Assembly: GCA_021613535.1 (NCBI GenBank)
Contig: CP075497.1
Span: 1,054,001-1,118,000, forward strand
Source of the DNA: Adineta vaga
Taxonomy: Eukaryota; Animalia; Rotifera
Direction: 5' to 3'
Length of the DNA stretch: 64,000 nt
Part shown: in pieces, positions 12,874-26,483 of the stretch
Layout of the letters: every line of letters starts with the position of its first letter
How positions within the stretch are numbered: the stretch's first letter is position 1
Made by a program: the position numbers and the translations under genes
The notes under the pieces: generated by a model
Seen by the model: only the letters and a program-made list of their open reading frames with translations
Databases searched by the model: none
Told to the model about the DNA's origin: nothing

Positions 12874-12910
12874 CTTGAGGGTGTGGGTGTTTTCTTTCAT
12901 TACCCACCCT
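12874..12910. repeat. Telomere-like inverted-repeat element (copy F)
   Basis: CTTGAGGGTGTGGGTG-TTTTCTTTCATT-ACCCACCCT; the spacer is shared with copy I. Confidence 0.8.
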
Positions 12911-13264
12911 ATAGAACAGATTATAAATGAATTTTTAATAAACTCGTCGTGTCTCATTTTGTATTGCTTATCCACCCCCGTCTTTTTCGCTGAAATCTGA
13001 TGAAAAATTGTAACATCGTGATCTAGCAAAAATTTATTTTTAAATCGCTACTTAACTCATAAAGAAACTATGACCATGAATCAATTACGACAAAATTTGT
13101 GTGATGAATTATTCGTTCATCAAAATTTTCCTCCAGATGATTTGTCTGTTCATTTATATAGTGTGACAAATTATATCCACCATCTGTTCGTATATAACTC
13201 CTCACATATATATAAATAGATATATGTTCTTTTCAATAATCAATTGATCACACAATAATTCAAT

Positions 13265-14007
13265 ATGAAGATGCTATTTCAATGGTTTATGTTTTTGATG
13301 ATTTATTCATTGATACGAATTGAAAGCAGTAATTCTATAAGTGAATTAAATAAAAATTGATCTTTTTCTTTATATTTTTAATGAAATTCTTTTTAGTTGA
13401 TTCTTCGAATAGACGTACTATAACATCATTTCATATTCAGAACACAAATGATACTTATTACGAAAATAACATCTTTGGTTTACCAATAAATAAACCTGAT
13501 GGATGGTATTCAATGTCATCAGAAGAAATGCGTTGGTTGTACGAAGATTCTATTCTTAATAGATTACCGTATTTTAATAGCTCAGTTGATTCATTGATGA
13601 AAGGTATAAAACAAAAATTAATGCCTGTTTTTGCTTTTATGGAATATCCAGTGAATACGACAATTCGATTCAATTCACAAATGGTTGGATGGATTATGAA
13701 TAACACTGGTAACAATCGTATTGATAACGATTGTAAAGCTTTATTTGAATGGCGCAATGATCTTTTCATTTCCAAGTACGATTCAGTTATCAGCATTGAT
13801 TGTCATGAGGTTATTATAAATGGAAAAACATTTTCTATGCAAGAGTTGATCAATAGCGTGCCGAATTTACTGAAGTATAGAGAGACTCAGTATGCTACAA
13901 ATACGAAAAATGATTATTTTTTTATCTTTCAATTAATGTACAACAATATTACCGTCAAGAATAAACTTGACAATGCTATACATAGTCTAAAATTTTTCAA
14001 ACAATGA
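13265..14007 (+). CDS. Secreted hypothetical protein, 2 exons (intron 13329-13396)
   Basis: Exon 1 encodes a signal peptide (MKMLFQWFMFLMIYSLIRIES) spliced in frame via GTAATT..TTTTAG to ORF 13357-14007. Confidence 0.65.
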
Positions 14008-14563
14008 AGATTTTTGTTGTTGTTGTTATTAGAAAGAAATTTCTTTTTTCGTTGAAAAACAGAAAAAAAATAAAATCTTCATGATTATGATTATCTTGAC
14101 AAATATACACGATCATGCCCACACCCTTAAGATTCAGATTGACATAAATCTCCATGAAATGGCAAATACTTGATAATTGAATAATAAATATTCCTATTGA
14201 TCTATCAAAGGGGCTCAAAATAATCGGCTAAGATACGAGAAACTATATAAAGTGAGATCAACCAGTATATACTCATTTCATACTTGTTAGTTCGTCATAC
14301 GCCAGATCACGGTTGATTGTACAATTCGATGCGGCTGGCGGAATGCCTGTATGTTCAATGATGCATCGTGCCCAAAGCCTGCCGATTGGGATTGTCTCAT
14401 TTTGGAAAGAAATAGACTCCTTCAATATTTTTAGCTAGAATTTCTTTTGTTTTATATACATGATCAAAACTAGATGGTGGTTTGAATCTAAATAAATGAA
14501 AATGATAGTTTTTCATCTGCCGTCAATCAATGATGATTGTATGTTTAGATCCATACATAACCA

Positions 14564-14631
14564 TGAGGGGTGTGAGTGGATGTGGGTACTTTTTAAATTG
14601 AATCCAAATCCACCGACGCCCACACCCTCAA
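14564..14631. repeat. Telomere-like inverted-repeat element (copy H); half-copy G at 14118-14133
   Basis: TGAGGGGTGTGAGTGGATGTGGGT - spacer - CCACCGACGCCCACACCCTCAA. CCCACACCCTTAAGAT at 14118. Confidence 0.8.
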
Positions 14632-15082
14632 TACTTACGTTTAAGGAAAAAAACCTTTATGATGTCGTCTTTTTCTGACTGAAACAGTACAATCGATTTT
14701 TTAGTGACGCGATTAGAGACAGAAAGGGAAGAAACACGTGTAGTTTATCGACATTGTATTTGATTAACACATTTTTAGTTTCTTCGCAATGATGAAATAA
14801 TACTGTGTACAAAGTTGTATGAGGATCTGATCAACCTTTCAAAAGTTTTCGTGTAAACGAGCAGACACACTGATCGATTCTAGAGTGGACTCACTTAGAA
14901 TAAGAATAAAACAAAAGTTTGTGTCTTCTGTATTTCGTATGTCACACAGCAAACCTTTCGATAGGTTACAGAACTTTCCGCGTATTCAACCGAAAACATG
15001 CCCCATTATCTTTATTTCGCTAAACAAAAAACGTTTAATAGAAAATAGCGCAAATCTTTGGATTTGAGTAAAACGCTAATTT

Positions 15083-15646
15083 TTAAAAAATGCAGTCACA
15101 GCCACCACAGTCACAGCTACCACAGTCACAGCTACCACAGTCACAGCTACCACAATCACATCCACTACAGCCACAATCACCGCAATCATCACAATTACAA
15201 TCACAGCAGTTATCACACTCACAACAGGAGCAGCAGTCATGGTCATCTGAGTTCTGTACATCGTGATTTTGTTGATGAAAACAGCAAAAACAACAACAAC
15301 AGTCGACTGACGATAGATTCATTCCGTCTGATCCATGGTGATGATCATCTTTTTGACTTCGATTTTCTTTTTTTCTTATCGTTGCATCAGAAGGATTCTT
15401 GTTAGATGTTGTAAAATGTTGTTTATTACTGTGATTGGTTAAATATCGATTTCTTTCCGTTCGGTTTAAATGTTCATTTCTACGTGCAGCGGTCAAATCA
15501 CTAAAAATCGGTTGAAAATTAGAATCAACATTGGATTGTTTTGTTTCATTTTGAACTTTATTTGTACCATTTAAATCAGAAAAAACTGGTGACGTACTAT
15601 AAAAATCATACGGTTGTGCAAGACGATATTTACGTTGTTGTGTCAT
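15083..15646 (-). CDS. 187-aa protein with a Cys/Asp-rich, metallothionein-like C-terminus
   Basis: ATG-to-stop ORF ending CCCCFCCF...CCSCCECDNCCDCNCDDCGDCGCSGCDCGSCDCGSCDCGSCDCGGCDCIF; 15-bp tandem repeat. Confidence 0.7.
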   Translation of the reverse strand: MTQQRKYRLAQPYDFYSTSPVFSDLNGTNKVQNETKQSNVDSNFQPIFSDLTAARRNEHLNRTERNRYLTNHSNKQHFTTSNKNPSDATIRKKENRSQKDDHHHGSDGMNLSSVDCCCCFCCFHQQNHDVQNSDDHDCCSCCECDNCCDCNCDDCGDCGCSGCDCGSCDCGSCDCGSCDCGGCDCIF

Positions 15647-16242
15647 TCGTGTTCTGTCGAAGATTCGACTAAATACAAATTTTTGTCAGCAGCTATTGCC
15701 AACATCAGATGATCTTTACATTATTTTATACGAAGTATTTTAAATTGACTCATGAATGTGAGTAATCGACATATATTTGCAAAGAATCATTACAAACCAG
15801 CATAAATCGACGTCATTTGAAACAGAAAGCGAAAAAATGCAGAACAAAAAAAATCCACGAAACGTCAAATTTTATTGATTCAATGAATCGAAGTATTGAT
15901 CTTTTAGTCTTATAAAAATCCAAATTACCAAAATAATGTTGGTAAAATAAAATTAAACTGCAGAATTATTTATATATTTATGCTATTAATCTATTGATCA
16001 ATATTTCATTTTTTTTAGTAAAAAGATATTTTCCATTCTAGATATAAATATTACTCACTGAAATTGAATGTGAGTTAATAATCCGTGACCTTTAAAGAAA
16101 ATTAAAAAAATTCACAAGATATACTCTTTCGTTTCTCCTTATATGAAGATTTACTGGAATGATACATTTCTATTCTCCTCCCACGTATTATACCACACTT
16201 CCATTATCTATACACATATGTTCCCATTCAAGAGTGTAGACA

Positions 16243-16290
16243 GGATGCGGGTGTAGGTGTTTTCTTTCATTAACCACACCCACACCTTCA
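16243..16290. repeat. Telomere-like inverted-repeat element (copy I)
   Basis: GGATGCGGGTGTAGGTG-TTTTCTTTCATT-AACCACACCCACACCTTCA. Confidence 0.75.
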
Positions 16291-16669
16291 GCCTGACAAA
16301 AACCCATAGGAGTAGTAACACGTTGGCACTTAGACGGTAATTCGAATGTTGGAATGCTGAGTATGGTATTGAGAGAAGTGTAAATAAATACACATTGCAT
16401 AGTTTCATCAACGTCCACAATAGCAAAGACGGTTTATAACTGTCCATTAGTCCAATTGTTCTGCTAAACTTAACAATTAGTTTGGACTTGTCTCACTATC
16501 AAAGTGACGATATATGATAACGAAAAAACAACTAAGAAATAATCAACACATTCGCAAGGGCAAGATAACAAATCGATGAATAATTTACTAGCCTTTCGAT
16601 ATCCAATGTCTTTTTTGAAATGAGATATAAAGTTACAAAACACAATAAAAGTTATTTATTTATGTCTTA

Positions 16670-17662
16670 TTACTGCTGTTGCACAGCGACAGCAACTATT
16701 GCAGCTCGACGATAGCGCCAGAAATGGAACAAGATTTCAAATGTTTTTCGACGAAAAGATTTCGATAAAATCAAATATATATAGAAATTGATACTTTTTG
16801 GTATAAAACGAATTAAGAGAGGAAAACTCGATAAAAAATATTGCATTGCTTGTAAATCATTCGATTTCACTTGATATTGAGTAACTTCTCGATAGATTCC
16901 AAAACTATTTATTATTATTGCTATTGGAGCATATCCAATAATTTCAACCAGAAGAATTATGAGTAATTGACGATCTTTTGAACGACGAGCATTGTTTACA
17001 TTTGGAGCAGAATTGATTGGTTGAACGCGCGATTGGTGAAGATTTCTTATTGTAATTGTACCAGTTATAATTAAAACAAATGATGGAATTAATCCATCGA
17101 ATAGAACAGTCCAAACATAACTAATAACTCTCGAACTATCTGGAGGGAGATAACATAAACGATAGTTTGGAGTTAGCCAATAAATATCACCAATTATGAG
17201 AAGATAAAAATAAAATACTATGAAAAAGAGAGCTACTCCAAAAATAGATCGATAAGCTAATCGATGAGTACTACGTTGTCGTGTCAATGCTTTTGTTGAT
17301 GTAACTAGTGCTCGATCAATTGAAGCTAATACTAAATAATATGGTGTAATTAAGCCAGCTACTATTCTAAGATAAAAAAAGATTTTACAATAAACAACAT
17401 TATAATATGACGGATCAATTTTGACAGACGATAAAATTGCTGTGAGTAAACCAAGATACAATGTCAGTCCATTGACGATAAAATATGCAATAAAATAAAT
17501 ACAACCGGCGTTTTGTCTCATTGTTTTGTGACTAAAAACAATAATACCTAAGATACAAGCCACAGAGCCCACAAACATCAGAACGTTGCCCACTATAGTA
17601 AATGAGTAATAGTTAATTTTCATAAACAAATTATTCAAACTATTGTCATTGTTAGATGTCAT
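16670..17662 (-). CDS. Rhodopsin-like (class A) orphan GPCR
   Basis: Seven hydrophobic helices; CK in ECL1/TM3; ASIDR (DRY-like); NFYIY..SKSFR at TM7/H8. Single ORF. Confidence 0.9.
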   Translation of the reverse strand: MTSNNDNSLNNLFMKINYYSFTIVGNVLMFVGSVACILGIIVFSHKTMRQNAGCIYFIAYFIVNGLTLYLGLLTAILSSVKIDPSYYNVVYCKIFFYLRIVAGLITPYYLVLASIDRALVTSTKALTRQRSTHRLAYRSIFGVALFFIVFYFYLLIIGDIYWLTPNYRLCYLPPDSSRVISYVWTVLFDGLIPSFVLIITGTITIRNLHQSRVQPINSAPNVNNARRSKDRQLLIILLVEIIGYAPIAIIINSFGIYREVTQYQVKSNDLQAMQYFLSSFPLLIRFIPKSINFYIYLILSKSFRRKTFEILFHFWRYRRAAIVAVAVQQQ

Positions 17663-18329
17663 TATAATAATGAATTTTGTCAATTGATGTTGTAAGAAAG
17701 ATTAATCTAGAAGAGAAAAACTGTTCTCAATTAAAATAATGATCAGTTCGTGCATTGTTGAGATTTGAATTAACTTAAAAGAATGAGATAATAATACATC
17801 TAGTATGAATACACACAGTCCTTTTATTATTTCTTCTATATATAATGCTTGTATAGTATCTACAATCTTTTAATATTTAATTATGTTGTCATATGATAAA
17901 GTAGAAAATACGATTAGTATTTGTTTAAGTCTTATTATCATATTTTTAATTTAATGTGTCTAATACACGGGAAATTAAATACAGAAAAAAAAACAGTTTT
18001 CCTATGCTTTTGTCATTTGTTATGATGATCATTTATTTCAGATACTTTTTTCCACGAACTATTTTGTTTTAATCAAATAGAACGTTGAAAAGTAAATATT
18101 TCAAATGAATACATACCTTTGTTATTATTTAGTAAAATGATACTTGACAATTTTTTTAATGACTTTCTCTTATAAAATGTTTTTTCATTCTTTAGAAATA
18201 ATAAAAGAAAAAAATCTTCTGAAATAAATTATTTCTGTTAAGATGATCCTTATATACATTCTTTCATTTATCATGTTTTACAACGACGTCATATTGCTAA
18301 TGCATACTACATTGTCTCTTCAAAGGCTT

Positions 18330-20450
18330 AGTTTCTTTTTGCTGCATATAATAATAATGATCCACTTTTCTCATAAAAATATGTATAAAATGACTGAATC
18401 TAATATTTATATTTTATAATTGAAGATTTTGCATTGTCAAATGAATGGATTGGTGAACAATGAGCACACGACTGCTTTTATCCGCAATATTAACGAAACC
18501 AAAGCAAATATGGATGTTGTCTTTTCTCGATTTTCGCCTTCACGAAATTAATAGATGGTTGATCTTAATCAAACTATCTGAAATAATCGACTCAATAGCA
18601 CCAGTATGACTTCTTCTAAGTTTGACGAAAGTGTAATATCGACATAACCTTAAATGCACTGTATTATTCTATAATATATATAACCTAGATACTGATCTCA
18701 CCGAAGCACTATCTTATGAAGCAGTATTATCCTTTAGAGTATCTAAGTACTTCAATCTCGTAGCTAAACATTGACAAATACAGTTATGACAGTATCGGCA
18801 GGAATAAATAGAAATTCCTGATGATCGCATATTACTGTAATTTCGGAATGTGTAACTTTCCGGAATAGGATGACTGCTCATATCGAAGAAGAATAAACAC
18901 CTCGACGTGTTATACAACTAAAATCTACAGCCTTTTCACATGTATCAATATACCAATCATCTAAACCATCGAAACATTGTTGATTACCCGAAAAAACATG
19001 CAAAACTTATTGATTACTATAAAGACATTTAAAGTGGTTGCTCGATTTCATAGTTTGAACTATCGTTGAATAAATTTCATTCAGTTCATTTTCGTTATAG
19101 AAACAATCCGTTATACGATCATTAACACGTTCTGTACCAATGAATTTTCTTGATTTATTGCAGTAAAATAATTCATTACTTTTGTTTATGGTGAATGACG
19201 AAGAAGAACGACATGAAGAAAAGAGTAATGCTAATGTCTTTGAATTCTTTGGCCATATTTTTGTTTGATCTCGATGAAGACATGTTAAACCTTTAATTAT
19301 GTTAAATTATCAGATGAAAATTTTTTACAATTATTCAGATTGAAACAAACATAACTTGCTTTAGTTCATGTCAATGAATTAGTTGCTTTTGGATCATATA
19401 AAAATCGTACGAGTGAATATAAAAGATTTCGGCTATCCTCAAATTCAAATATTGATAAACAACCATTTCGAAATCGATAATAAAGTCTTTCAGGCTTATC
19501 TAAACATATGAAATTATCATCCAATATTTCATTCTTAGCACATATCATTAATGACTAACAATCATAATTCAGATTACTAGTGGATAAAGTCGAATGAAGT
19601 ATCTTATGACGAAAATACCGATCACGACCATTTATGAATTCATATTTTCCTGCTGATAAATCCAAGATAGAAATCCAATGACACATGAATTAATATTAAA
19701 TCCTTTACCATATTTTTTTTCTTCATCACTTTCATCATCACAATCGAAATTATTATCAAGAAGAAATTTTATTGGAATACACATCGCCGATCAAGACAGA
19801 TTGTCGAATGTCATTGTAAACCTTCGTAACAGATTAAAAACGAAAGATCATTCATATCCGCGATACTAAGCGGCTTTTTGTCGATGAACTGATAGTCAAG
19901 AATATCACTTACACTGAGAATACCTTATCTTTCTAGCCGTGGATTGGGATATGCTTTGTATTGACAAAAAGGACCAAACTATGGATCTATACAACAGAGT
20001 ATAAATATACAATGAATAAGATGATCGATTCGACTTATTTGTACAGTTACAAAAAGAACTATTCGACAAAGATAAATCATGATCAATACGATATTTTTCA
20101 TAAATACTGATTAAATCTATCGGAGCCAACCAATTAAATAAATTAGAAGAAGTTATATTTATATCATATAATTCAGCAAATGTATAATTTCGTTCTTCGT
20201 AACATTGTTGATCATTGTCATTGATAGATAAGAAATCATGTCTTATTGCACAATAAGTCATCAATTCTATTTGTTGTCCTTCTAAATTCATATAAATTTC
20301 ATATAAACAGTTGCTATCATCGAGATTATTTCGGTTAATATTATTGTATAAATGGATGAACCCTTTAATAGATGCAATCAGATAAATAATCATAAGAATT
20401 TTAATAGAAATCATTATGAACAAAAAGTGATACAATTTTTCTGTCTGCAT
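18330..20450 (-). pseudogene. Degraded Cys-rich (LDLa/EGF-type) secreted or receptor gene
   Basis: Signal-like N-terminus, then HLYN..CLY..YC..CY..YTFAELY..WLAPIDL..FCNC. Downstream fragments (ICAKNE..FICLD, CFDGLDD, CR..HNCIC) are split by many stops and frameshifts. Boundaries approximate. Confidence 0.55.
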
Positions 20451-20991
20451 TCAATATATGGATAAAATTCTCTGCAGGAACGTGTCATTTTTTAGTTATT
20501 AATATTGATTTTTGATGAATGCAACATGATTATTAAATGATTCTGAAATAGCATATTCTTGAGCTAATAGTAACAGGATGTAGGCAAAGACAAGAACGAT
20601 AAATACATTATATTTCGTATAATGATTAAATTGAAAATAATTTGCTAATCAATTAAACCATGTAAGGTAAGAGATACATGAGGTAAATAGTTTAGAATAG
20701 ATGAATATAACTGAGTCGATAAATTCGATTTAAAATTGTCAGCGCGGAGAGAGATATAACAATAATTTCAATTAGTGAACAACATCTCACCATTGTTCTA
20801 AGTCGATATTTTTAAGAATGAGCGTTTAAAAGGATATTTTATATAATAGTATTTGCCTACACATTTAAGGCTTGAATAATGTTAACGATTTAATTAAAAA
20901 ATCTTTGTCATTTTATTCATAAAATATTAGGATTCAAATAAAATCTAAAAAAAAAAATGTCAAATTGTTCAAGGTAATGAAAAAGCGATGT

Positions 20992-23555
20992 TTATACTGC
21001 AAGAATTCTTCTCATTCGAAATTCATGTCTTCTCTTTGCATTAATATGTACTGGATTGAACATATTTGAGAATTTTGTAAAACCAGCATACATTATCAAA
21101 GTATGTATAGGCATCAAAGCAACCATCATAAGAACATTCATAATTAATAATGGATATTTACATACTTCTTCCTATGATATATATATATAAGATATATTTA
21201 GATAATTAGTTATATTTTTCTTTTTTTTTGATAAATTACCATTTTTTTTGGATCTATTATCGTAGATTCAGCTGATAAAGTTGATGCAATTATACCTGCT
21301 GTTGTTGCTGAGGAAATTATGAACATAAATATATAAAAAATTGTGACAATAGAAAATTCTTTCTTACTAATTGGAGTTGCAGTTGAAGTACTTGTAGTTA
21401 GTGCAGTGGTTGTAACAGGAAGTGTTGTTGTTATTACAATACCGGTTGTTGTCAACTATCGACAAATATTTTTATAATATTCGTATAAAATAGTATATAT
21501 GAATTAACTTACAAGAGTATTAACACTAGTTGTTGATGTTGGTTTTGTTGTCACTGTGATCGTTGTAAAAGGAGTTGTAGTTGTTGTTGTTGTACTTGAA
21601 ACTGCTGGATCCCAAATATTATATCGCCAAAATGTAGGATCACTGATAGGTTTAGATTCAGCATCTTGAAAAAAGTTATACGTCAATTAACATTAAAAAA
21701 ATATCATATAGAAAAAAAAAATACTCACGACAAAATTCATTTGCACTTGCAAATCCACTATCCATTGTGATATAATAGGATTTACCAGGTGTCCATGTAT
21801 AATTTGTAATAATTACAATTGCAGGTCCAGTATAGACTATATTTGAAGCATATCCAGCATCATAGTACAGAACAGTTGCATTTGTATCTGCCTCATGAAA
21901 ACGAATATATGTTCCATTACGAGTTGGACGACCAACTGTACCTATTGCTATATATTTTAAATGAAAAATAGATTAAATTAAGAATAAATGTATATATTAG
22001 ATTTTTTAGAAAGATTTACCTTGTATATAAAATATGGAATGATTTTGAAAAACAGTACCTATTGGACTTGCTGAACTTTGCACGCTTGTAGGTGGAATTA
22101 AATCTGTTGAATTATAACCAACCAGATATGTAATACACCATGGATCTGATTGTACATTATAATTATCAATGGCACCAGTACAAAAACTTTGAGGACCCGT
22201 TTGATCTACGATAGGTTTCCATGTTAATACCATTTTCCATAAATCTACGATTTTTTAAATTTAAATTCAAATTTTTTTTCCACTCTGACAAACAAAAATC
22301 AATTACTTACTACTACCTATACCCATACGAGCAATATTACTATGTGTCATTCCATATGGTGAACTAGTAACCATATCATTAATCGTTTGATCAGAACAAT
22401 ATGTTTCTATAATTATAGTTTCATTGAATTCAACATCTTAAGTATATAAATTGAACATATTAGAAAAGATGAAAACATAATTTATTGATTTTGCTTACCG
22501 ATCGGCACTCCAATACAAGCTGAAGTCAAGAAAATAAATAGATAAATGAATTATAAAATATATGAGTTATGGATTTTTTTCATACCTCTATTTGGACGAA
22601 CACCAATGATTGAAGGACGATTTATACATGCACTAGTATTAGTTTTGTATCCATAGAATAAAAATTGTATGGGAACAGAACTCATTGGACTTGTATCATT
22701 AATATTATAATAATCTTCGATTTGCAAAGCAACTGGATAATAAAGATTCTCAGTTGGTAAAATGAAAGATAATGTGCAAGTGGATTCTTCTAATGTAGCT
22801 CCAAGAGATATCATTCCATTGCAAATACATCCACATTCATCATGTCTGTTGTAATTCGTCACAGAATCTGAATTTGACCAACGACATTTTGGCGTATCCT
22901 CTGGATCATTATCTGCCATTTGTACAACATGAACGATTGGCGTATTTATTGGATAAAGTATGACTGGTAATGAATTTGTAACAGGACTGCTGTTGATGAA
23001 ACCATCTGGTCTCAAGGCTAAATTTAATCGATTAACAATTGACCATTGACGTCCTCCTGTGCAACCGTAAAGATTTTGCATCCATTGATTTGAGGTGTAA
23101 CCCATTGTAATCGATGTTGTCAAAGGCAAAGTCAATCGTTCGTAACGTTCACCAGCCCATGAGTTAATAATTGAACTTGTTTGACAATCTGTCGTTGTCA
23201 TAATAGTCGAAAGTCCAATAGTAGGATAAGTCGAACTTGAGCAGTTCTGTAAACAGACCATGTATGCGTTAACTGGAATAGGTCTTTTAGCAGTAACATC
23301 TGGTTCTGTACAATCGGGTGCAGGAAAAGTACCCCATTGTCGATTCCAAAAATATTTTTGATAAATGAGAATTTCTGCAGTGCTACCGGATGGTGTAGCA
23401 TTTAATGGACGCCTAAAAAGAAAATCAAATTAAAAACAATAGATATGAATTGAGAATATTTACCATGAAATAATACCACCACGAAAGTGATCCGCATTGA
23501 TTACATCATAGAATACAAACAAAAGTAAGAATAAAATATATGAAATTTGTTTCAT
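20992..23555 (-). CDS. Multi-exon secreted/membrane protein: HFRGG N-terminal domain, Ig-like domain, Thr-rich stalk, C-terminal hydrophobic segment
   Basis: Signal peptide MKQISYILFLLLFVF..ADHFRGGIISW|RPLN; INSSPVT..DNDPEDTPKCRWS..ECG; VALQIEDY..PMSSVPIQF; TRPTR..YYITMDSG. About 8 short introns. 3' exon structure not fully resolved. Confidence 0.7.
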
Positions 23556-24376
23556 TTCTTCTATTTCGTTGTATAATGAAATTCAAGAAAATAAAGTAAC
23601 TAAATCATTTACGACGAAGCGTCTATATTTATATAGTGTTTTACAGTCGTTAAATCGATCAGCGAAATAATGTTTTGATCACGGAATCCTGCGCCTTGAG
23701 GTGGTTAAAAAAAGCTATTTTCAGGGCATAATATGATGATACTTTAAAATTGGTCGCTATACGTGAATTTTTGCCCACTTATTTCCAAAAGTAAACAGCA
23801 TTGTTCTCTTGAGGAGTTTTGAAAAAAAAGTTTTTCGCGAAAATCATTGAGTGTTGACACTTCAGTGGTAGACAGAAAATATCGACAGAAGTCTTTCATA
23901 GAATATCTTCAACTAAAAATCTTAATTCCAAGAAAACTTGTTTTTCATGACTTTTTTCATCTGTCGTCGAAAATTCAATTGCAATCATATTACTATTCCA
24001 TAAAATGATTCAACCTGCATGTCAATGACAGGACTGTCCTTTACGTTTTCATATTCGTAGTCGGTAAATCTCTTTCCAAATTAATATCCATTCTAATTAG
24101 ATAATCTTCGATTTTCACATTTACTGAAATAAAACTAATAACCTTTATATTGTAGTATTATGAAAAATTCATGGAAATTTCATTTATATTTTTCATTCTT
24201 TGAGTCTACATAACTGCTATGGAACGTTTTATAACGCTAATCATTGCCTTTCGTCCCCGAACAATTTTGTATAATATTTCACGTATTCTTTGCTTTCATT
24301 ATAATCACAATATCCATGTGCATTTTCACTTTTACACTTTAAGAAAATTTCGTCCGAAAGAAAGTAAAGGACATAT

Positions 24377-26483
24377 CCCAGGTCATTCATTCCGACTCGC
24401 AGATCCGACCAGAAACCGATCGAATCCGACATCGGATTCTGTCGGAAATCGTCCTTTTCTCGAGAAAAACCGACCGGAACCCATACGATTTTGATCGCAA
24501 TCCTAACCAATGGATTCCGACGCGGATTACGTCGGGAAAGATCCGCCCCGATCCTGCCGACTCCGACTCGCAGATACGGCCGAAACCCACGAGAGCTTCC
24601 AGAAGGATAACATAGGAACAAGCCCCTCTCACATCAGAACCGACCAGATTCCACCGGATATAAATTTTGTTATTCCAGATTTTGATAGGTTTTATTCAGA
24701 TTTCCACAGAATTCAAATATAGTACGATTGATTTCCATTCGAGTACAGTAGATTTCGCTGGATAGCAGGAAGATTAGCATCAATTACAGTCTGATTACGA
24801 CGGGTCTCCACTAGATTACGAACGCATTTTCCTGCATTGCTATCAGATTACCTGACATACCACAAAGAGTCGGATCAGTGTCAAGAAGATATGTTGCCTT
24901 TATTCCAGACTTCTGAAATGTATAAACCACCCCCTTATATAGGGTCGTAGGTGTAATCATAATCAGTAATCTAATCTAATCATAATCTTGATTTTTGGAT
25001 TTTGGATTTCGAATATCGATATGTTGATTGCCGCAGATCCACTCCCTTATATAGGGTCGTAGGTATAATCAAAATCTGGTATATAGTCTAATCGAAATCT
25101 TGATTATCAGATTTCTAGGAGAGCGAGATCTCCATATTTTTTGAAAAGTATATGATACAATCAATATATGATATACAAATCTCCCTGAAGAAAAGTAATA
25201 TAACTTATATTAAATTGGTTTTACGGAAAGTGTTCTCATTGTTATGGATTTTGTTTGAAACCGTTTTTGAATAATTAATTGAAAAGCAACTGTATTTGAT
25301 TTATTATTCGTTGCCAAAGAGACGATATGGAAAATCTTAATAATGAATATCAACAAATTAGTTGAACGTAGAAGCAAGATGTATAGTTAACTATAATCCA
25401 TAGATCCGCGTGCAGGTTTTTTTGTTAAGGTTAATATACTATCATAATAGCTGTCTAGAAGCAACTTCTCATAAGATATCGCAGTAATATCAAATATTTA
25501 AATAACAACTGATTAGAAATTCATTCCACATTGATCGAAAAGGAATAGTTTTTATCTGATTTTTAACATGATTGCTAAAGATTAATGATGAATTTCATCT
25601 TTTTTTATTAGCGTTCAATAAATTTAAATGCATTATTAAAACTATTCAACTGGGATCAATTCCCAGCAAGCAAGAATAAATCCGTTGTTTATAGTTCTCA
25701 ATTTGTTATTGTGATCATAGTTCAATCATCAAGAGAGTATAGAGTGATGTTTATTTACACAAAGCAACAGGGAGTTCGTTTCAGTTATTAGAAATTTTTC
25801 AAGATTAATGGAACAAGAAATGAATTTGCTTTTTTTCAGGATTACTTAAAAGCCGAATATATTTCGATAAGCAGCAACTATTTGTATACTTACTTCGATT
25901 TAGTAATTATTAACATACTTGATTGAGATATGAGCGTGTTAATCATTGGATTTAGTTTTGTTTCATAAAATGTATCGGAGTAAAATTTCAATCATATTAC
26001 ACCATATTATTTTTTTGACAGTATGCTAATCATGCTAATGAGTTCAATTATATATACCCACGAGTTTCTGATTAGTTCTGATGTGCACCAACAACTGATC
26101 CAATCGGATCTATTTCATATGACACAAAGAAAATCCGATCAATGGAATTTCTACATTCTTGTAGAATCCGACAAGTTCCTGTCACAGTCATTGGTCGGAT
26201 TGACCCTGAAATCCTGTGTCATGTGAACCGACAAATCTTGACCATTTCTGGACATCAGATTAGCTTGAGTTAGTCTAGAAATGATCGAATCTTGAAATCG
26301 AATCTCGTCGGTTCCGAATACATGGATCTGATCGGATCTTTGCGAGTTCGACTAGTAGATTGCAAAGGAAAACAACGGATTATATCGGAATCAGACAAAA
26401 GTAACCGACCGAGTCCGATTGTCCGTATTGCATCGGATTTTATACCCTCCCGACAAGATCCGATGTACCCGCTTCGACCTGGG
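24377..26483. mobile_element. Non-autonomous DNA transposon, CMC/EnSpm-like (CCC...GGG ends, subterminal repeats)
   Basis: TATCCCAGGTC (24374-24384) / GACCTGGGATA (26476-26486); AT flanks both CCC/GGG ends (putative 2-bp TSD). Dense TCCGA/TCGGA motifs at ~24390-24660 and ~26090-26470. No intact ORF. Confidence 0.65.

Noticed and set aside
24219-24722. Overlapping Arg/Ser/Gly-rich ORFs (also 26023-26518)
   Set aside because: They arise from the transposon's subterminal TCCGA repeats.
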